A DNA stretch of 64,000 nt. Origin: Callorhinchus milii. Lineage: Eukaryota. This document shows, piece by piece, positions 22,536-36,187 of this stretch. The stretch's first letter is position 1, and each line of letters starts with the position of its first letter. The stretch spans positions 138,262,001 to 138,326,000 of the forward strand of contig NW_024704742.1 of NCBI RefSeq assembly GCF_018977255.1, given 5' to 3'. A model generated the notes under the pieces. The model saw only the letters and a list, made by a program, of their open reading frames with translations. It did no database searches and was not told the origin of the DNA. Both the position numbers and the translations under genes were made by a program.

Positions 22536-23990
22536 GAGAGAGAGAGTGTGAGACAGAGAGAGAGAGAGGGGGGGAGTGTGACAGAGAGAGAGGGGGGGTG
22601 GAGGAGTGTGACAGAGAGAGAGAGGGGGAGTGTGACAGAGAGAGAGGGGGAGTGTGACAGAGAGAGGGAGGGGGGGGAGTGTGACAGAGAGAGAGAGAGA
22701 GGGGGGGGGGAGTGTGACAGAGAGGAGAGGGGGGGGGAGTGTGACAGAGAGAGGGGGGGGAGTGTGACAGAGAGAGAGAGGGGAGGGGGGGAGTGTGACA
22801 GAGAGAGAGAGAGAGGGGGGGGAGTGTGACAGAGAGAGGGGGGGGGAGTGTGACAGAGAGAGAGAGAGGGGGGAGTGTGACAGAGAGAGAGAGGGAGTGT
22901 GACAGAGAGAGAGAGAGGGGGGAGTGTGACAGAGAGAGAGAGAGAGGGGGAGTGTGACAGAGAGAGAGAGAGAGAGGGGGGGGGGTGACAGAGAGAGAGG
23001 GGGGGGAGTGTGACAGAGAGAGAGGGGTGGGGGGGTGTGACAGAGAGAGAGGGGGTGGGGGGGAGTGTGACAGAGAGAAAGAGAGACAGTGAGAGAGAGA
23101 GAGTGAGACAGTGAGAGAGAGTGTGAGACAGAGAGAGAGGGGGAGTGTGACAGAGAGAGTGTGAGACAGAGAGAGAGAGTGTGAGACAGAGAGAGAGTGA
23201 GAGAAAGTGTGAGACAGAGAGAGAGAGTGTGAGACAGAGAGAGAGAGAGAGTGTGACAGAGAGTGTGTGAGACAGAGAGAGAGAGTGTGAGACAGAGAGA
23301 GAGGGGGAGTGTGACAGAGAGTGTGTGAGACAGAGAGAGAGAGTGTGAGACAGAGAGAGAGGGGGAGTGTGACAGAGAGAGAGTGTGAGACAGAGAGAGG
23401 GGGAGTGTGACAGAGAGAGAGAGGGAATGTGACAGAGAGAGAGTGTGAGACTGAGAGAGAGAGTGTGAGACAGAGAGAGAGGGGGAGTGTGACAGAGAGT
23501 GTGTGAGACAGAGAAAAGAGAGTGTGAGACAGAGAGAGAGGGGGAGTGTGACAGAGAGAGTGTGAGACAGAGAGAGAGGGAGTGTGACAGAGAGATAGTG
23601 TGAGACAGTGAGAGAGAGAGTATGACAGAGAGAGAGAGGGAGTGTGACAGAGAGAGAGTGTGAGACAGACAGAGAGAATGTGAGACAGAGAGAGACTGAC
23701 AGAGAGGGAGTGTGACAGAGAGAGACTGACAGAGAGGGAGTGTGACAGAGAGAGAGACTGTGACAGAGAGAGAGTGTGAGACAGAGAGAGAGAGAGTGTG
23801 ACAGAGAGTGTGACAGAGAGAGAGACTGTGACAGAGAGAGGGAGTGTGACAGAGAGAGAGTGTGTGAGATAGAGAGAGAGAGAGTGTGTGAGACAGAGAG
23901 AGTGTGACAGAGAGAGTGTGTGTGAGAGAGAGAAAGTTGATAGAAGAAGACAGAGAGAGAGAGAGGGAGTGTGAGACAGAGTGTGTGAGA
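22536..23990. repeat. GTGTGACAGAGAGAG(G)n satellite
   Basis: Direct inspection; G-runs of 5-10 nt in the left part. Confidence 0.97.
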
Positions 23991-24049
23991 CAGTGGGAGT
24001 GGGGGTGGCAGTGGGGAGTGGCGGTTTGGGGGTTGGTTCGTGTGGGGAT

Positions 24050-25270
24050 GTGAACGGGTGAGGGTGGGTGACAGCGGGAGAGTGACGGTGCAGTGAGAGG
24101 GTGATGGTGAGGGGGTGACTGAGAGGGTGAGAGAGTGACAGTGTTGATGAGAGGGTGACGGTGAGAGAGTGATAGTGAGAGAGTCACAGTGAGAGAGTGA
24201 CAGAGAGGGCAACAGAGTGACAGAGTTGGTGAGAGGGTGAAGGTGAGGGTGAAGGTTGAGAGAGTGACAGTGAGAGAGTGACAGTGAGAGAGTGAGAGAG
24301 TGACAGTGTTGGTGAGAGGGTGATGGTGAGAGAATGACAGTGAGAGAGTGACAGAGAGGGTGACAGAGTGACAGACTTGGTGAGAGGGTGACGGTGAGAG
24401 AGTGATAGTGAGAGAGTCACAGTGAGAGAGTGACAGAGAGGGCAACAGAGTGACAGAGTTGGTGAGAGGGTGAAGGTGAGAGGGTGAAGGTGAGAGGGTG
24501 ACAGTGAGAGAGTGACAGTGAGAGAGTGAGAGAGTGACAGTGTTGGTGAGAGGGTGATGGTGAGAGAATGACAGTGAGAGAGTGACAGAGTGACAGACTT
24601 GGTGAGAGGGTGACGGTGAGAGAGTGATAGTGAGAGAGTCACAGTGAGAGAGTGACAGAGAGGGCAACAGAGTGACAGAGTTGGTGAGAGGGTGAAGGTG
24701 AGAGGGTGACAGTGAGAGAGTGACGGCGGCAGGGGAGTGAGGGTGACGGCGGCGGGGGAGTGATGGTGATGGCGGTGGGTGAGGGCGAAAGAGTGAGGGC
24801 GGGAGAGTGTGAGGGCGAGAGTGTGAAGGCGGGAGAGTGAGGGCGAGAGAGTGAGGGCGAGAGTAACAGTGTAGTGAGAGGATGACAGAGAGAGAGTGAC
24901 GATGAGAGCGTGAGAAAGTGACAGTGAGAGAGTTACGGGGAGAGAGTGAGAGTGACGGTGAGAGAGTGACTGTGAGAGAGTGACAATGAGAGAGTGACGG
25001 TGAGAGAGTGACGGTGAGAGAGTGACAATGAGAGAGTGACAGTGAGAGCGTGAGAGAGTGACAGTGAGAGAGTGACAGTGAGAGTGACAGTGAGAGAGTG
25101 ACAGTGTGACAGTAACAGTGATGGTGAGAGAATGACGGTGAGAGGGTAACAATGAGAGGGTGATGGTGTGACAGTGAGAGGGTGACAGTGTGAGAGAGTG
25201 AGAGTGACAATGAGAGAGTGAGAGAGCAACAGTGACAACGAGAGAGTGACAGTGGCAGAGAGAGAGTGAG
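24050..25270. repeat. GTGACAGTGAGAGA satellite with higher-order structure
   Basis: 14-mer units; a block of about 220-230 bp is repeated three times between about 24150 and 24720. Confidence 0.93.
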
Positions 25271-25494
25271 AGTTTTGGAGACAGCAATGGCACATAGTCA
25301 AATAGCTTTAACCTCATCATTTTAGTAATGAAACTGAGTGATGTTGTGGTCGGCCGAGTGTCTGTCGGGCTTCATCGATACAAGTTGTTGTTGCTGTAGT
25401 TTGGTTTGGAGACTCTCAGGACCTGGTGATGGGTTTGCGCTCGTGTCAGGCAATAGGACATCCAGAGAAACGTTCAAAGGACGGTGTCGCTGAC

Positions 25495-25832
25495 AATAAT
25501 AATAATAATAATAATAATAATCCTTGCATTTGATATAGCGCTGTTCACGTCGGGAGGACGTTCCAAAGCGCTTCACAGAACACACTGTAAAGGGAAGTGA
25601 CTGTATATTTGTGGGTGAACGCGGCGGCCAATGGCGCACAGCAATGCCCCACAAACAGTCGCGGATTGAAAATGACCAATTTATTATTGTTTTTGGTTTT
25701 GGAGGGATTATTATTAGGCTCTGTGTGGAGTAAGGAAACTTGCCCGAGGTTTGGCCCTGACCCCCCCGGGGATTGAACTCAGGTCTCTCGCTTGCAAAGC
25801 GAGTGCTCTAACCACTGAGCTACAGGAACTCC
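25495..25832 (-). mobile_element. Full-length SINE, short subfamily
   Basis: Reverse complement of 13512-13835. Confidence 0.93.
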
Positions 25833-26054
25833 ATGCCTGCAGTTTAGCTCGGAATCAGATTGCTGTGGGTTCAAGCCCCATGTCAGGACTTTGAGCTGAT
25901 AGCCAAGTTGGCTGCTCAGCACAGAAGGACTGGGTGGGGGCAGCAGAGAGTTTGTCCGGTACAGAGGATCACTCTTTGAAAGCAAAATTGCTTCTTGCAA
26001 AACACTTCTTGGAAAAAATAATTAAACTAATTGAGTCAGTCTGGTCTATAATTA

Positions 26055-26895
26055 CAGTGTGGTCTGCACTGGAGGGGGTGCAGAGCAGATTCACCAGAAT
26101 GATACCGGGGTTTAAAGGGTTAAATTATGAGGACAGGTTGTATTAACTCGGTCTGTATTCCCTGAGGTTAGAAGGTTGAGGGCTGATCTGATTGAGGTGT
26201 TGTACCATGATAAAGGGATTCGATAGGCAGCGACAGAGAAACTATTGCCTCTGGTGAGGAATCCAGAACAAGGCATCATCTTAAAATTAGAGCCGGACAT
26301 TTAGCAGTGAAATCAGAGGCCGGTTTTCACCCAAAGGCCAATGGGAATCTGGAACTCTCTCTCTCTCTCTCTCCCCCAAAAGGCTTTGGATTATAACTGG
26401 ATCCTTTCACATTGTCCAGCCTGAGGTGGAGAGATGTTTGTTAGGTCGGGGATCCAGGGATATGGGGCAAAGGCGGGTAATTGGAGTCCTGTAGCTCAGT
26501 GGTTAGAGCACTCGCTTTGCAAGTGAGAGACCTGAGTTCAATTCCAGGCAGAGGGCGAAACCTCGGCAAGTTTCCTTACTCCACACAGAGCCTAATAATA
26601 ATCCTCCAAAACAAAACGATAATAAATTGGTCATTTTCTGTCTACGACTGTTCGTGGGACATTGCTGTGCGCAATTGGCTGCCGCGTTCACCCACAAATA
26701 TACAGTCAATTCACTTTACAGTGTGTTCTGTGAAGCCCTTTGGGACGTCCTCCCGACGTGAAAAGCGCTATATCAAATGCAAGGATTATTATTATTATTA
26801 TTACCAATTGGAGTTGAGGTACAGATCGGCCATGGTCTTATGCAATGGTGGAACAGGCTGGAGGGGCTGAATGGTTTACATCTGTTCGTATGTTT
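26055..26895 (+). mobile_element. CR1 3' fragment containing a full-length SINE (26483-26803)
   Basis: LEGVQSRFTRMIPG motif. CR1 sequence resumes after the SINE with a duplicated aattggagt. Confidence 0.88.
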
Positions 26896-27709
26896 CTAAG
26901 TAACACGCTACATTCTAAAGCAAATTTGGTTATGACACGGTTGCCTGCTTCTCATGATAGCTTTTAGCCGACATATGGTCATTGGATGTTGTCAATATTA
27001 TGCTCTACTTTGCTAAATGTGCAGAGCAGGAGATGATGGTGAACATATTGTAATAATATTATTCCTGGCAGTTCATAGGGTGCCTTATCACATGGTCAAA
27101 ATGTCTCTAAGCACTTCACAGCATTTTTACTGTGAAGTGTTAGTGACTGTGTATTTTGTAGGTGAGCGCCCTAACCAATTTGTGCACAGCAACGTCCTGC
27201 AAACAGCCATAAAGTGAATGACCAATTTGACCAATCCCTGTGTTACAATTTATGTAGCATGAGTGAGTAATAATCATAATGATCCTTGCATCTGATATAA
27301 CACCTTAGCACAACTTTGAGATGTCTCAAAGCATTTTGTAATGAATAATGCATAATTTGTAAGCTCCAGGACTTCAATAAAGTGTGCAAAAATCTGCTGT
27401 TGGATAGAAATAATAATGATCCTTGCATTTGATATGGCCTCCGTTCCACCATTGGTGGCAGTACTTTCAGCCCAAACTCTGGGACACTCCTCCTCTACCC
27501 CCCTATCCCTCTGCTTTGCCTTTTCAAATCGCGCCTGAAGACCTTCCTCTTTGACCGGGCCTATGGTCACTTCAATCCTACCCCCGGCTCGGTGTCGTGC
27601 TCCGCCACTGTTCAGTGTTCTGGGACTACGGTACCCTGTGTGAAGAGCGCTATATAAATGCAAGTTGTTGAAACGATAAAACTGAGGTACAGAGAAGGAG
27701 CCATACAAC

Positions 27710-28270
27710 AACAACAACAAAATTACATTTGTATAGCGCCTTTCATGTCGGGAGGGCTTCCCAAGGCGCTGGGCAGTGCACAGCATTTCAGACCCGAGCT
27801 GGGGTCAGGGTGCGAGAAGGGAGGGGAGTGGAGGGGCAGGGGGGTGGCCGATGGTATGGTTGAAGAGGAGGGTCTTGAGGCGGGGCTTGAAGGAGGCTAA
27901 GGAGGGTATGAGGCGGAGTGTTTCGGGGATGGAATTCCAGAGGTTGGGGCAGAGTGGCTGAAGGCTCTCCCACCAATGGTGGGGCGGGTGGGTCGGGGGA
28001 CATAGAGCAGGCCAGAGCCGGCTGAGCGGAGGGAACGGGCGGGTTGGTAGGGGGTTAGGAGGTCGCAGTGGGGCGAGGCCATGGAGGGCTTTGTAGGTGA
28101 GGACCAGGATCTTGAACTGGATCCTCTGAAGGATAGAGAGCCAATGGCGTCGGGCGAGAGTGGGGGAGATGGGGTCACAGAGTTTGTTGCGGGAGAGGAC
28201 ACGGGCTGCAGAGTTCTGGCTTATCTGCAGCCTGTGGAGGGAGGTGTTGGGAAGGCCGACACGCAGGGCA
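27710..28270 (-). mobile_element. L2 3' fragment
   Basis: (CAA)n tail, terminal stem-loop, [31 protein letters not shown]. Confidence 0.9.
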
Positions 28271-28519
28271 TTATAACTGCATTATAACCGGGCTGCATGG
28301 GATACTCTTTATTGCTTGCTCCAGTCAGCAGCATCTCACAGGTTAATCATATTCTTCCTTTGATTTGATGAGTTTATTCCATTTCTGTACGACTGCTAAG
28401 CACCCATTGTAACTGTACCTAATCCTATGGGATGATGGATTGAATACGTTTTCGTCCACAAGATCCCGAGCCCCTTTCCTGTTAAGTGAAATACTGCAGA
28501 CACATTTCAGCTGGTAATC

Positions 28520-28858
28520 TAATAATGATAATCCTTGCATTTAATATAGCGCCTAATCGGGTCTTTGAGACGTCTCAAAGCGCTTCACAGAACATACTGT
28601 AAAGTGAATTGACAATATTTTTTGGGCGGCAGCCTATTGCACACAGCAGTGTCCCTCAAACAAATTTTAAAATAATTGAAGGAATTATTACCCCAGTAAA
28701 ATGATTCGCCAATTGACTAACAACCGGGTCCGACTTACTGGTAGATAAACAGGCATGTGGAGTAAGGAACCTTGCTTAATCTTTCTTCTTAGCTGGGAAT
28801 TGAACCCAGGTCCTCTCGCTTGCGAGATGAGTGCTCTAACCACTGAGCTGCAGGACCC
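28520..28858 (-). mobile_element. SINE, long subfamily
   Basis: tRNA head at the right end, tail at the left. Confidence 0.88.
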
Positions 28859-31084
28859 CATGTCCTGAAGAATACTTTTCCACCACAAGCTCCCAAGCCA
28901 CTTTCCTGTTAAGTGAAATACTGTAGTCGCATTTAAACTGCTAATATAACCCATAATTGCTAAATTAAAGTGGGTTAGACATGTCATGCAATCTTTCAAA
29001 TCAGATTAAAGCCTTTTGTTCTCTTCTTACCCTCAATTTTGTTCTTTGTCATAATTTGTGCTGTGATCTCAATAAAAATAAATTGTGGCTATCATTGTAC
29101 TGAAAGTGGATTATTCCTACAGACATAGTTATACGAGAGTTGAATTAGCAAATTAGCTTTTTTGTCTGAAGAACAATTGAAGGGAATTATACAATTTCAG
29201 TGGACCTTGATTTTGTAAAAAAAATCTGTTGGAAGGAAATGTTATTAGTCTTTCTATTGTAATAAAATAGTACTTCCTTCAGAGTATTGTGTTTAAATAT
29301 TAGCCATTCATCTAAATAAAATAAAGTACGTCTCGGACTTAATTGTTAGTAATGGAGCAAGCGAGAGGACCTGGGTTTGATTCCCGGGCAGGAGGCGAAA
29401 CGTTGGGCAAGTTTCCTTACTCCACACGCTTCTGTTTACCAACAGTGAGTAGGAACTCAGTTGTTAGTCAATTGGCAGATCGCTTTTCCAGGGATCATAA
29501 TTCCTTCAACTTTTTTTTGTTCAATAAATAATAATTTGGTCACTCAATCCACGACTGTTTGTGGGACACTGCTGTGCATAATTGGCTGTCACGTTTCATC
29601 CACAAAACATACAGTTAATTCACTTTACAGTGTATCCTGTGAAGCGCTTTGAGACATCTTGAAGACGTGATAAGGCGCTATGTGAAATGCAAGGATTATT
29701 ATTATTATTAATGTTTCATGTGTTGCTTAGACTGTTGCTAAGTCCTTAGCTTGCCTAAGATAATGGATATGTACTGTAGTGTGGAACTTTTACTAAAGCC
29801 CCTAAGGCTGAAATCCTCCATTGCAATTGTAATCCAAACCTTTCTGTTTGTGGCTCAAATAACTAACATACTCAGTGTGTTGGAATGTAGACTTGGTGCC
29901 TGGGGTGCTTTAAAGTAAGCCTAGGTCTTCCCTTGTGGGGATATTGATTAGAATCTATTCTCTTTCAATAGTCTATTGTGGAGTCCTGTAGCTCAGTGGT
30001 TAGAGCACTCGCCTCACAAGCGAGAGGACCCGGGTTTGATTCCAGGGCAGGACAAAACATTGGGCAAGTTTCATTATTCCACACTCTGTTTAGCAGCAGT
30101 AAGTAGGAACCCAGTTGTTAGTCGATTGGTGGATCACTTTCCCTGGTTAGTCCACAATTATTTTGGGACATTGCTGTGTGCAATCAGCTGCCGCATTTCG
30201 CCCACTAAAGAAACAGTCAATTCACTTTACAGGCTATCCTGTGAAGCACTTTGAAACGTCTCAAAGACGTGATAAGGTGCTGTACAATTGCAGACAGTGT
30301 TCCAGGTGCAGCCTGACCAGACAGTTATATAGCTTAGACATGTCTTGATGTAGCCCAGAATCCTGTTGACTTTTGTTTGGACATGGTGAGCGATGCGTCG
30401 CCTATCTCCTCTTGGCAAAGCATCATCTTAAAATTAGAGCTAGGCCATTTAGCAGTGAAATCAGGAGGAGGTTTTTCACCCAAAGGGTAGTGGAAATTGG
30501 AACTCTCTCCCCCAAAAGGCTGTGGATGCTGGATCCATACACATTTTCAAGACTGAGTTGGATAGATGTTTGTTAGGTCAGGATATCAAGGGATATGGGG
30601 CAAAGGCAGGTAATTGGAATTGAGCTACAGATCAGCCATGATCTTATAGAATGATAGAACAGACTGTAGGGGCTGAATGGCTTCCTCCTGTTTCTATGAT
30701 CTATTTTTCTTTGTAAATTTTGAAATCATGGTGTTTAGGTTAAGGGAGTCCTGTAGCTCAATTCTTAGAGCACTCGCTTTGCAAGCGAGAGACCTGAGTT
30801 CAGTTCCAGACAGAGGGCGAAACCTTGGGCAAGTTTCCTTACTCCTCACAGAGCCTAATAATAATCCCTCCAAAACCAAAAACAATAATAAATTGGTCAT
30901 TTTCAATCCACGACTGTTTGTGGGAAAAGGGCAGGAGTAAACATGTCAAGGCTTATGTGTGTGTTATGGCTAGATATTACAGCTGAACATCGCCGAGATG
31001 ACTGGATCCCATTAGAAGAAAGAAGGTGTTATTTGCCTTCAGGAGAAGGAAATGGTGAACCTGCTTTCATTTCTACCTCCTTTC

Positions 31085-31470
31085 GTTTTGACTCACCTCT
31101 GAGTCAGAAGGTTATGAGTTCAGGCTTTGTGTTGAGACTTGAGCATAACCTTGGCTGACATTCTAGTACAGTACTGGGGCCAGCCCTGCACTGTTGGAGG
31201 TTGCGTCCTTCTGGTTAGATTTTAAATCGAGGTCCTGTCTGCCTGTTCAGGAGGATGTTAAAAATGCCATAACACTATTCGAAAAAGAGAAGGGAGTTTT
31301 TTTCCTGTGCTAGCCAACAACCATTCCTTCAGATTAATTGAGCATTCACCTAATGGCAGTCGTGGAACCTGGCTGTGTACAAAATTGCTTCAGTTCACTT
31401 GACGCAATTAGTGAAAAGTGCTTTGAGATGGTTTGTTATGATAAGGTGCTATAAAAACACAAGTTCTTTT
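31085..31470 (+). mobile_element. Old Deu-domain SINE (AmnSINE1/SacSINE1-like)
   Basis: ctctgagtcagaagg..gagttca head, cagtactg..gcactgttggagg..gaggtcctgtctgcc..ggatgttaaaaatgccat core, L2-like tail. Related fragments at about 330-540, 13390-14000, 38240-38335 and 49900-50030. Confidence 0.7.
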
Positions 31471-32959
31471 AATTCCACACTCCTGCATCAACTCATTCTC
31501 AACTTGGCAGAAATGTGGCCTTGCTCCTAACTACTTCCATGACCTTCTAACCCCCACCAACCTGCCCGCTCCCTCCGCTCAGCGGACTCCGGCCTGCTTC
31601 ATGTTCCCCGCCATGCTCGCCCCATCATTGGTGGGCAGTCCTTCTGCCACTCTGCCCCTACCCTCTGGAACTCCATCCAGTCCCTCCGCCTTGCCCCTCC
31701 CTTGCCTCCTTCAAGACCCATCTCAAGACTCTCCTCTTCGACGGTGCCTTCAGTCACTCCCTCCTTCGCCTCCCTGCTCTGACCCTCCACGATCCTGGAC
31801 CCCCAGTTCAGGTCCGAAACACTAAATGTCCAGCGCCTTGGGACGTCCTCCCGATGTGAAAGTATCCAAAAGTAATTTTGTTGTTGTTGGGAGGATTTCC
31901 TATTATGTATACAACAAGAACACTAAATTGCATATGTACATTTCACCTGGGAGAACATCTCACAGAACTTTATGTGGATTGGATGGTGTTGTGGGACACA
32001 GCAAATGAGGGAAAAAGGGGCAGTTGGGGGAAACTGAGCAGAGGCTAATAATATATAATAATCCTTGTATTTGATATAGCGCTTTTCATGTCTTCTCGAA
32101 GTCTCAAAGCGCTTCACAGAATATACTGTAAAGGGAATTGACTATATATTTGTGGGCAAAACGCGGCGTCCCACAAACAGTCATGGATTGAGTGACCAAA
32201 TTATTATTTTATTTTATTTTTTCTTGAGGGTTTATTATCTGGTGTGTGGAGTAAGAAAACTTGCCCCAGGGTTTCGCCCTGCTGGGAATCAAACCCAGGT
32301 CTCTCGCTCGCAGAGAGATTGGGGAGGGCATTCCATAGAATAGAGGTGTAGTGACTGGAATCTCAATTGCCAATGGTGGAGAAGAGGGGGTGAGGGATGT
32401 GCAGCAGCCCTGGGTTTGTGGAGCACAGGAAGTGGACGTGAGAATAGGACTGGAGGAGATAGGAGAAGGCGGATGGGGCAAAGTTGTGCAGGATCAGAAG
32501 AACCAACGTATTTCGTAAGTGAGAATTGAGAAACACAGAATATATTAAAATATATGTTTATATATTATAAAATAATACATTTACATTTATATAATACCTT
32601 GCATGTTGGGAGGATGTCTCCAAGCACTTGCATATACTATTTTTAAGAGTGTATTAAAAATGAGAGTAATATTATTTGGCTGTTATGCCAAGGATATCAA
32701 TTGTACATGCCTGAACATAAACTATACTCCAAGGATTTGGAATCAATCCATAGTTTGTCTCTTCTTTAAATAACTGTACATGTGACATACGGTACAGTAT
32801 GGATTATTTATTGTCATTAATAAGGCATGATATTGAAAAAGGTTGATTTGAGCAGATCTTCTTCTGATCAATGTCCTCATTGATCTAAAAAAGAGCCAGT
32901 TCTTCAGTTAGATGTCGATGAAATTAGGAAAGTGAAGAATGTTTCTTCTCTTGGTGAAT

Positions 32960-33328
32960 AGTCCTGTAGTTTAGTGGTTAGAGCACTCGCCTCGCAAGCA
33001 AGAGGACCTGGGTTTGATTCCCGGCCAGGGCAAAACGTTAGGCAAGTTTCCTTACTCCACACGTCTCTGTTTATTTGCGTAGGTAGGAACCCTGATAGGT
33101 TAGTCGATTGGCAGATCATTTTTCCAGGGGTAACAATCCTGTCAAATAAAAAAAATGTGGTCACTCAATCCACGACTGTTCGTGGAACACTGCTGTGCAC
33201 AATTGGCTGCCGAGTTTCACTCACAAAATATACAGTCATTTCACTTTACTGGAAATTCTGTGAAGCGTTTTGAGACGTCTAGAAGATGTGCTAAGGAGCT
33301 ATATCAATACCAGGTTTACTATTATTAT
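32960..33328 (+). mobile_element. SINE, long subfamily
   Basis: Head with CGC anticodon arm, Deu core and tail. Confidence 0.9.
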
Positions 33329-34637
33329 AATTTTTCAGGTAAATTAACTCTCTGGTGGTTTGTTGGATGTTGTGGGTGCAAATCTACTGCCACTTTTGCT
33401 TATAAATTTCCAGTCTCTACACTTGGTAGGAATTGCTTGTGAATAGTAATAATGATAATACTTCTTGCATTTGAAGGATGCTTGCCCAACATGGTTAGAA
33501 CATTCGCCTTGCAAGCGAGAGACCTAGGTTCAATTCCAGGCAGGGCGAAACCTTGGGCAAGTTTCCTTACCCCACACGCCTAATAATAATCTCTCCAAAA
33601 CAAAAAACAATAATAATTTGGTCATTTCCACGACTGTTTGTGGGACACTGCTGTGCGCAATTGGCTGCCACGTTTTGCCCACAAATAACCAGTCAATTTG
33701 CTTTACAGCAAATTTTGTGAAGTGCTTTGAGCCGTCGAGAATACGTGAAAAGCACTATATCAAATGCAAGGATTATTATTATTATTATTATTATTTTGGC
33801 CTGCTGGGAATCGAACCCAGGTCTCTCACGTGCGAGGCAAGTGCTCTAATAATAATAATAATAATCATAATCCTTGCATTTGATATAGCGCCTTATCACT
33901 TTGTTGTGACATCTCAAAGTGCTTCACAGAATATATTGTAGAGTGACTGTATATTTTGTGAGTTGAAAGCACTTTGAATGTTTTGACTTCATAGGCACTA
34001 TAACAAATGCAAAGATTATTATTGTTGTATTATTCTAAACACTTAAGTAAACATTTTCAAAAGTAACTTAAGATTTTCAAATCATAAAGAAAGTTGATGA
34101 ATGCTGCAAATCTGAAATAATAATAATAATTCTTACATTTGATAAAGCGCCTTATCATGTTGTTGAGACATCTCAAAGTGCTGAACAGGCAGACAGAAGC
34201 TCGGTTTAAAGTCTCATCTGAAGGACACACTTCCAACAATCCACCACCACTGCATCAAACAACAACATCAACAACTGGCACTTGTATTGACAGAGGGATT
34301 GAGGGAGAGTGTTCCAGAGTTTTGGGGCACTGGCTGAAAGCACGACCTCCGATGGTGGGGCGGAGAGTACGAGGGACGATCAGGAGGCCGGTACCAGTTG
34401 AGTGGAGGCTTGACCAAACAGTATTGGAAAATGAAAGACAGGTTAATGGGTTGGGATGATCCTTCATCAGAACAGTTACTGCCTCCAGTTATTTAACAGT
34501 AAATCAATAGTTGTAGAGGCAAAAATCCTCACTAAATTGATTTTCTTGGAAATGGATGCACGGTATTAACAGAAATACAGTCAAATCTGGAAATGGAATT
34601 GGAGAAACTGAATTTGGAGTGTTATGTGAACTACTAC

Positions 34638-35010
34638 TACTAATAATAATCCTTGCATTTGATATAGTGCCTTATCGCATCTTCAAGACGCCTCAAAGCG
34701 CTTCACAGAAGATACTGTAAAGCGAATCGAGGTATATTTTATGGGCGAAACGGGGCAGCGAATTGTGCTCAGCAACGTCCCACAAACAGTCGTGGATTGC
34801 GTGGCCAAATTATTGTTATTTTTATTTTTGAGGGGATTATTACCCCCGGAAAAGCAATCCGCCAAACGTCTAACAACCGGGTTCCTACTCACTGCTGGTA
34901 AACAGAGGCGTGTGGAGTAAGGAAACTTGTCTAATGTTTTGCCCTGCCCGGGAAACTCAGGTACTCTCGCTTGAGAGGCGAGCGCTCTAGCCACTGCAAT
35001 ACAGAACTAC
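34638..35010 (-). mobile_element. SINE, long subfamily
   Basis: Full reverse-complement copy. Confidence 0.9.
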
Positions 35011-35516
35011 ACAGAGTATTATGGGAACCAAGAGTGGAAATGAACCAATAATGAAGGTGCCGCCCTTCGGATCAGATGATAAACTGAGTTCCTGCTTGCC
35101 CGTGGAGGTGTTAAACGTTCCTTGGCACTATTTGAACATTTTTGTGGAGTTGGCATCCACATGTGGAGCTCTGGTTTCGATACTCTTAGCTATGATGATG
35201 GGTTACTACAATGTCAGCCACCCAGCTGACAAAAAATTCCTTTTCAATAACCCTTTTGAGGAAGTGGCAAGACATTTGAGGTTTGTGGTTTTAGACAGTG
35301 TGGTATTGTGAGAAATCTGCGCTTTTCTGTGTGCTTCTGGGTACTTGTTCTGTGCTTACGTAGAATTAACATAGATTGTACGGAAACAGGCCACTTGGCC
35401 CAACCAGCCATCTCCATCTCCTCCCTCCCTCCCACACGCTTCTGTTTCGCTCTCCCTCATGTGAAAGTCTTGTTTCCTCTTGAATGTGTCTACACTGACT
35501 GATTGAATCACAGCTT

Positions 35517-36155
35517 CTCTCCACAAGCTGCAGGTCATTCAGAACTCTGCAGCTCGTGTACTGTCCCACACCAGGCTTCGGGACCACATCACTCCCACCC
35601 TCGCTCGCCTCCACTGGCTCCCCATCCCCCAGAGGATTGATTTCAAGATCCTCATCCTCACCTACAAGGCCATTCACGGCCTCGCTCCCTCCTACCTCTC
35701 CGACCTACTATCCCCCTACCTACCTGCCCGTACCCTCCGTTCCTCTGGCTCCGGTCTGCTCCACATCCCCCGCCCCAACCGCCCTACCATCGGTGGTCGG
35801 GCCTTCAGCCTCTCAGCCCCCAGGCTCTGGAACTCCATCCCCCAGTGCCTTCGCCGCCTCCTCCCTCTCCTCCTTCAAGGCCGGTCTCAAAACCTTTCTC
35901 TTTGACCGAGCCTTCAGCTCCCCTCTCGACTCTCTTCCCCCTCCTCGCTCCATCCCTTCCCTCCCCTCACCCTGACCATTTCCCCCTCCTCGCTCCCTCC
36001 CTTCCCTCCCCTCACCCTGACCATTTCCCCCTCCTCGCTCCCTCCCTTCCCTCCCCTCACCCTGACCATTTCCCCCCCAATGCTCGGGTCATGACCCAAC
36101 TGTGCAGCGCCTTGGGACGTCCTCCTGACGTGAAAGGCGCTTTATAAATGGAATC

Positions 36156-36187
<32 letters not shown>
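35517..36187 (+). mobile_element. Young 5'-truncated L2 inserted into a minus-strand CR1-like 3' fragment
   Basis: Near-identical to 5137-5793, with a long (TTG)n tail. Confidence 0.93.

Noticed and set aside
21018..25320. Very long minus-strand ORFs (488, 573, 896 and 378 aa)
   Set aside because: Ser/Leu/His/Thr low-complexity translations of (CT)/(CA)-rich satellites that lack stop codons by composition, and are open in multiple frames.
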